A stretch of DNA of 64,000 nucleotides from assembly GCA_016187125.1 (NCBI GenBank), contig JACPKF010000002.1, positions 1,469-65,468 of the forward strand, written 5' to 3'. The notes under the pieces were generated by a model, which searched no databases, was not told where the DNA came from, and saw only the letters and a program-made list of their open reading frames with translations. The position numbers were made by a program, and so were the translations under genes. Of this stretch, positions 62,911 to 64,000 are shown in pieces (the stretch's first letter is position 1; every line of letters starts with the position of its first letter). The DNA comes from Candidatus Saccharimonadota bacterium (GTDB lineage: Bacteria > Patescibacteriota > Saccharimonadia > Saccharimonadales > UBA10212).

Positions 62911-64000
62911 TTACTCGCCGCGCAGCGCAGTAATCGGATCTTTTCGGGCAGCTTTAAGGGCCGGGGCAACACTGAAAATAATGCCTACGGCGATCGATAC
63001 CCCGACAGCCAGCAGGACCACGGGTATTGATACTACGGGATCTAGGCCGGTGTAAAGTTTTAAGCCCAAATTGATTAGCAGAGCCACTACCACTCCAATT
63101 AAGCCACCGCCGACGCTCAGGGCCAAGCCTTCAACTAAAAACTGACTTAGGATTTGACGATTAGTGGCGCCAAGGGCTTTTCTAATGCCGATTTCACGTG
63201 TACGTTCACTGACGCTGGCCAGCATGATATCCATGATGCCAATGCCACCGACTAGCAGGGCTACAGCGGCAATAGCCGAAACAAATCTGGTTGCCGAGCT
63301 AACCACTCCGCTTGCTAAATTAAGTAGTTCAGTTTGTTTTAAAACACTAAAGTCTTCCTGTCCCGCATGATTTTTTAGGACCGTGGCGCGGACTTCGGCA
63401 ACGGCCGCGCTGGGGTTACCTCCATCACGGGCAACGGCCAGTATTTGCAGGATATTATCCTTATCTCCGACTAAGGCCTTGCCGGAACTGAATGGTACAA
63501 AGACGGCCGAATCAAAATCAGCTTGAGCTAGCGAGGGCAGGCCAGTGGAAGACTTCGCCAAAACCCCGTGAATTATAAAATCCTGCTCCAGAATTTTTAT
63601 CGTGTAGCCTAGAGGATTAACATCTCCGTACAACTGTCTGGCAATAGTTGCCCCAATTACGGCAAAGTTTTGACCTTCATCCTTGTCGCCAAAAAAATTA
63701 CCAGAGTCAAGGCTCGTATGCAGAATCTCCGGCAGGGCAGCGCTGGTTGCCAGCACCGCCACGTTATCCAGGGCTTGGTTGTCACTACTGACGCTGCTGC
63801 TAACAAAGTCGATAGGCGCTACAGCGCCGACGCTGCTGAGCTTAGTTAGTGAGCTTACGTCTTGAGTGCTGAGAGTAGAAGTACTAAGCAGGGCTAAGGG
63901 ATTCAAACTTTCACTACCATTTGAGCTGCTAACCAATTTTCCGGGGCGAACGGTAATCACATTGCCGCCAAGATGATTAACCTGACCGACTATTTTATGC
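62911..64000 (-). CDS. ABC transporter permease, FtsX/MacB type; N-terminus beyond the window
   Basis: C-terminal FtsX domain (ERTREIGIRKALGATNRQILSQFLVEGLALS). The frame stays open upstream of the track's GTG start (63960) to base 64000. Confidence 0.8.
   Translation of the reverse strand, partial: HKIVGQVNHLGGNVITVRPGKLVSSSNGSESLNPLALLSTSTLSTQDVSSLTKLSSVGAVAPIDFVSSSVSSDNQALDNVAVLATSAALPEILHTSLDSGNFFGDKDEGQNFAVIGATIARQLYGDVNPLGYTIKILEQDFIIHGVLAKSSTGLPSLAQADFDSAVFVPFSSGKALVGDKDNILQILAVARDGGNPSAAVAEVRATVLKNHAGQEDFSVLKQTELLNLASGVVSSATRFVSAIAAVALLVGGIGIMDIMLASVSERTREIGIRKALGATNRQILSQFLVEGLALSVGGGLIGVVVALLINLGLKLYTGLDPVVSIPVVLLAVGVSIAVGIIFSVAPALKAARKDPITALRGE

Overview
The gene content suggests a small-genome Patescibacteria/CPR bacterium, probably Saccharibacteria-like; this is an inference, since no search could be run. 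The window covers the replication-origin neighbourhood: rpmH-rnpA-yidC-jag on the minus strand faces dnaA-dnaN-recF on the plus strand, and DnaA-box clusters lie on both sides of dnaA. Left of it (1-10 kb) is a surface-polysaccharide locus with gmd, an Rmd-like reductase, the Wzm/Wzt ABC exporter, a GT2-GT4 fusion and a frameshifted GT4. That locus also carries an IS200/RAYT-type HUH transposase. Directly right of recF (17-38.4 kb) lies the main feature, a Gram-positive/CPR-style type IV secretion-like locus. It encodes a PrgI (VirB3-like) protein, a VirB4 ATPase that appears split into two ORFs, and polytopic giants of 1702 aa and 1216 aa. It also encodes peptidoglycan hydrolases and a divergent array of seven VirB2/TrbC-like pilin paralogs. 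Two toxin-antitoxin cassettes and a GIY-YIG gene interrupt it, and no relaxase or coupling protein is present in the window. The right third carries four tRNAs (three with a shared hairpin leader) and housekeeping genes (gdh, HIT, valS, tsaD, murE, groES/EL, pgi/pmi). The second notable pattern is a set of short palindromic or word-repeat elements that occur both in intergenic spacers and as frame-preserving insertions inside valS, murE, tsaD and gdh, reminiscent of Rickettsia palindromic elements. All functional calls rest on motifs read by eye from the translations.
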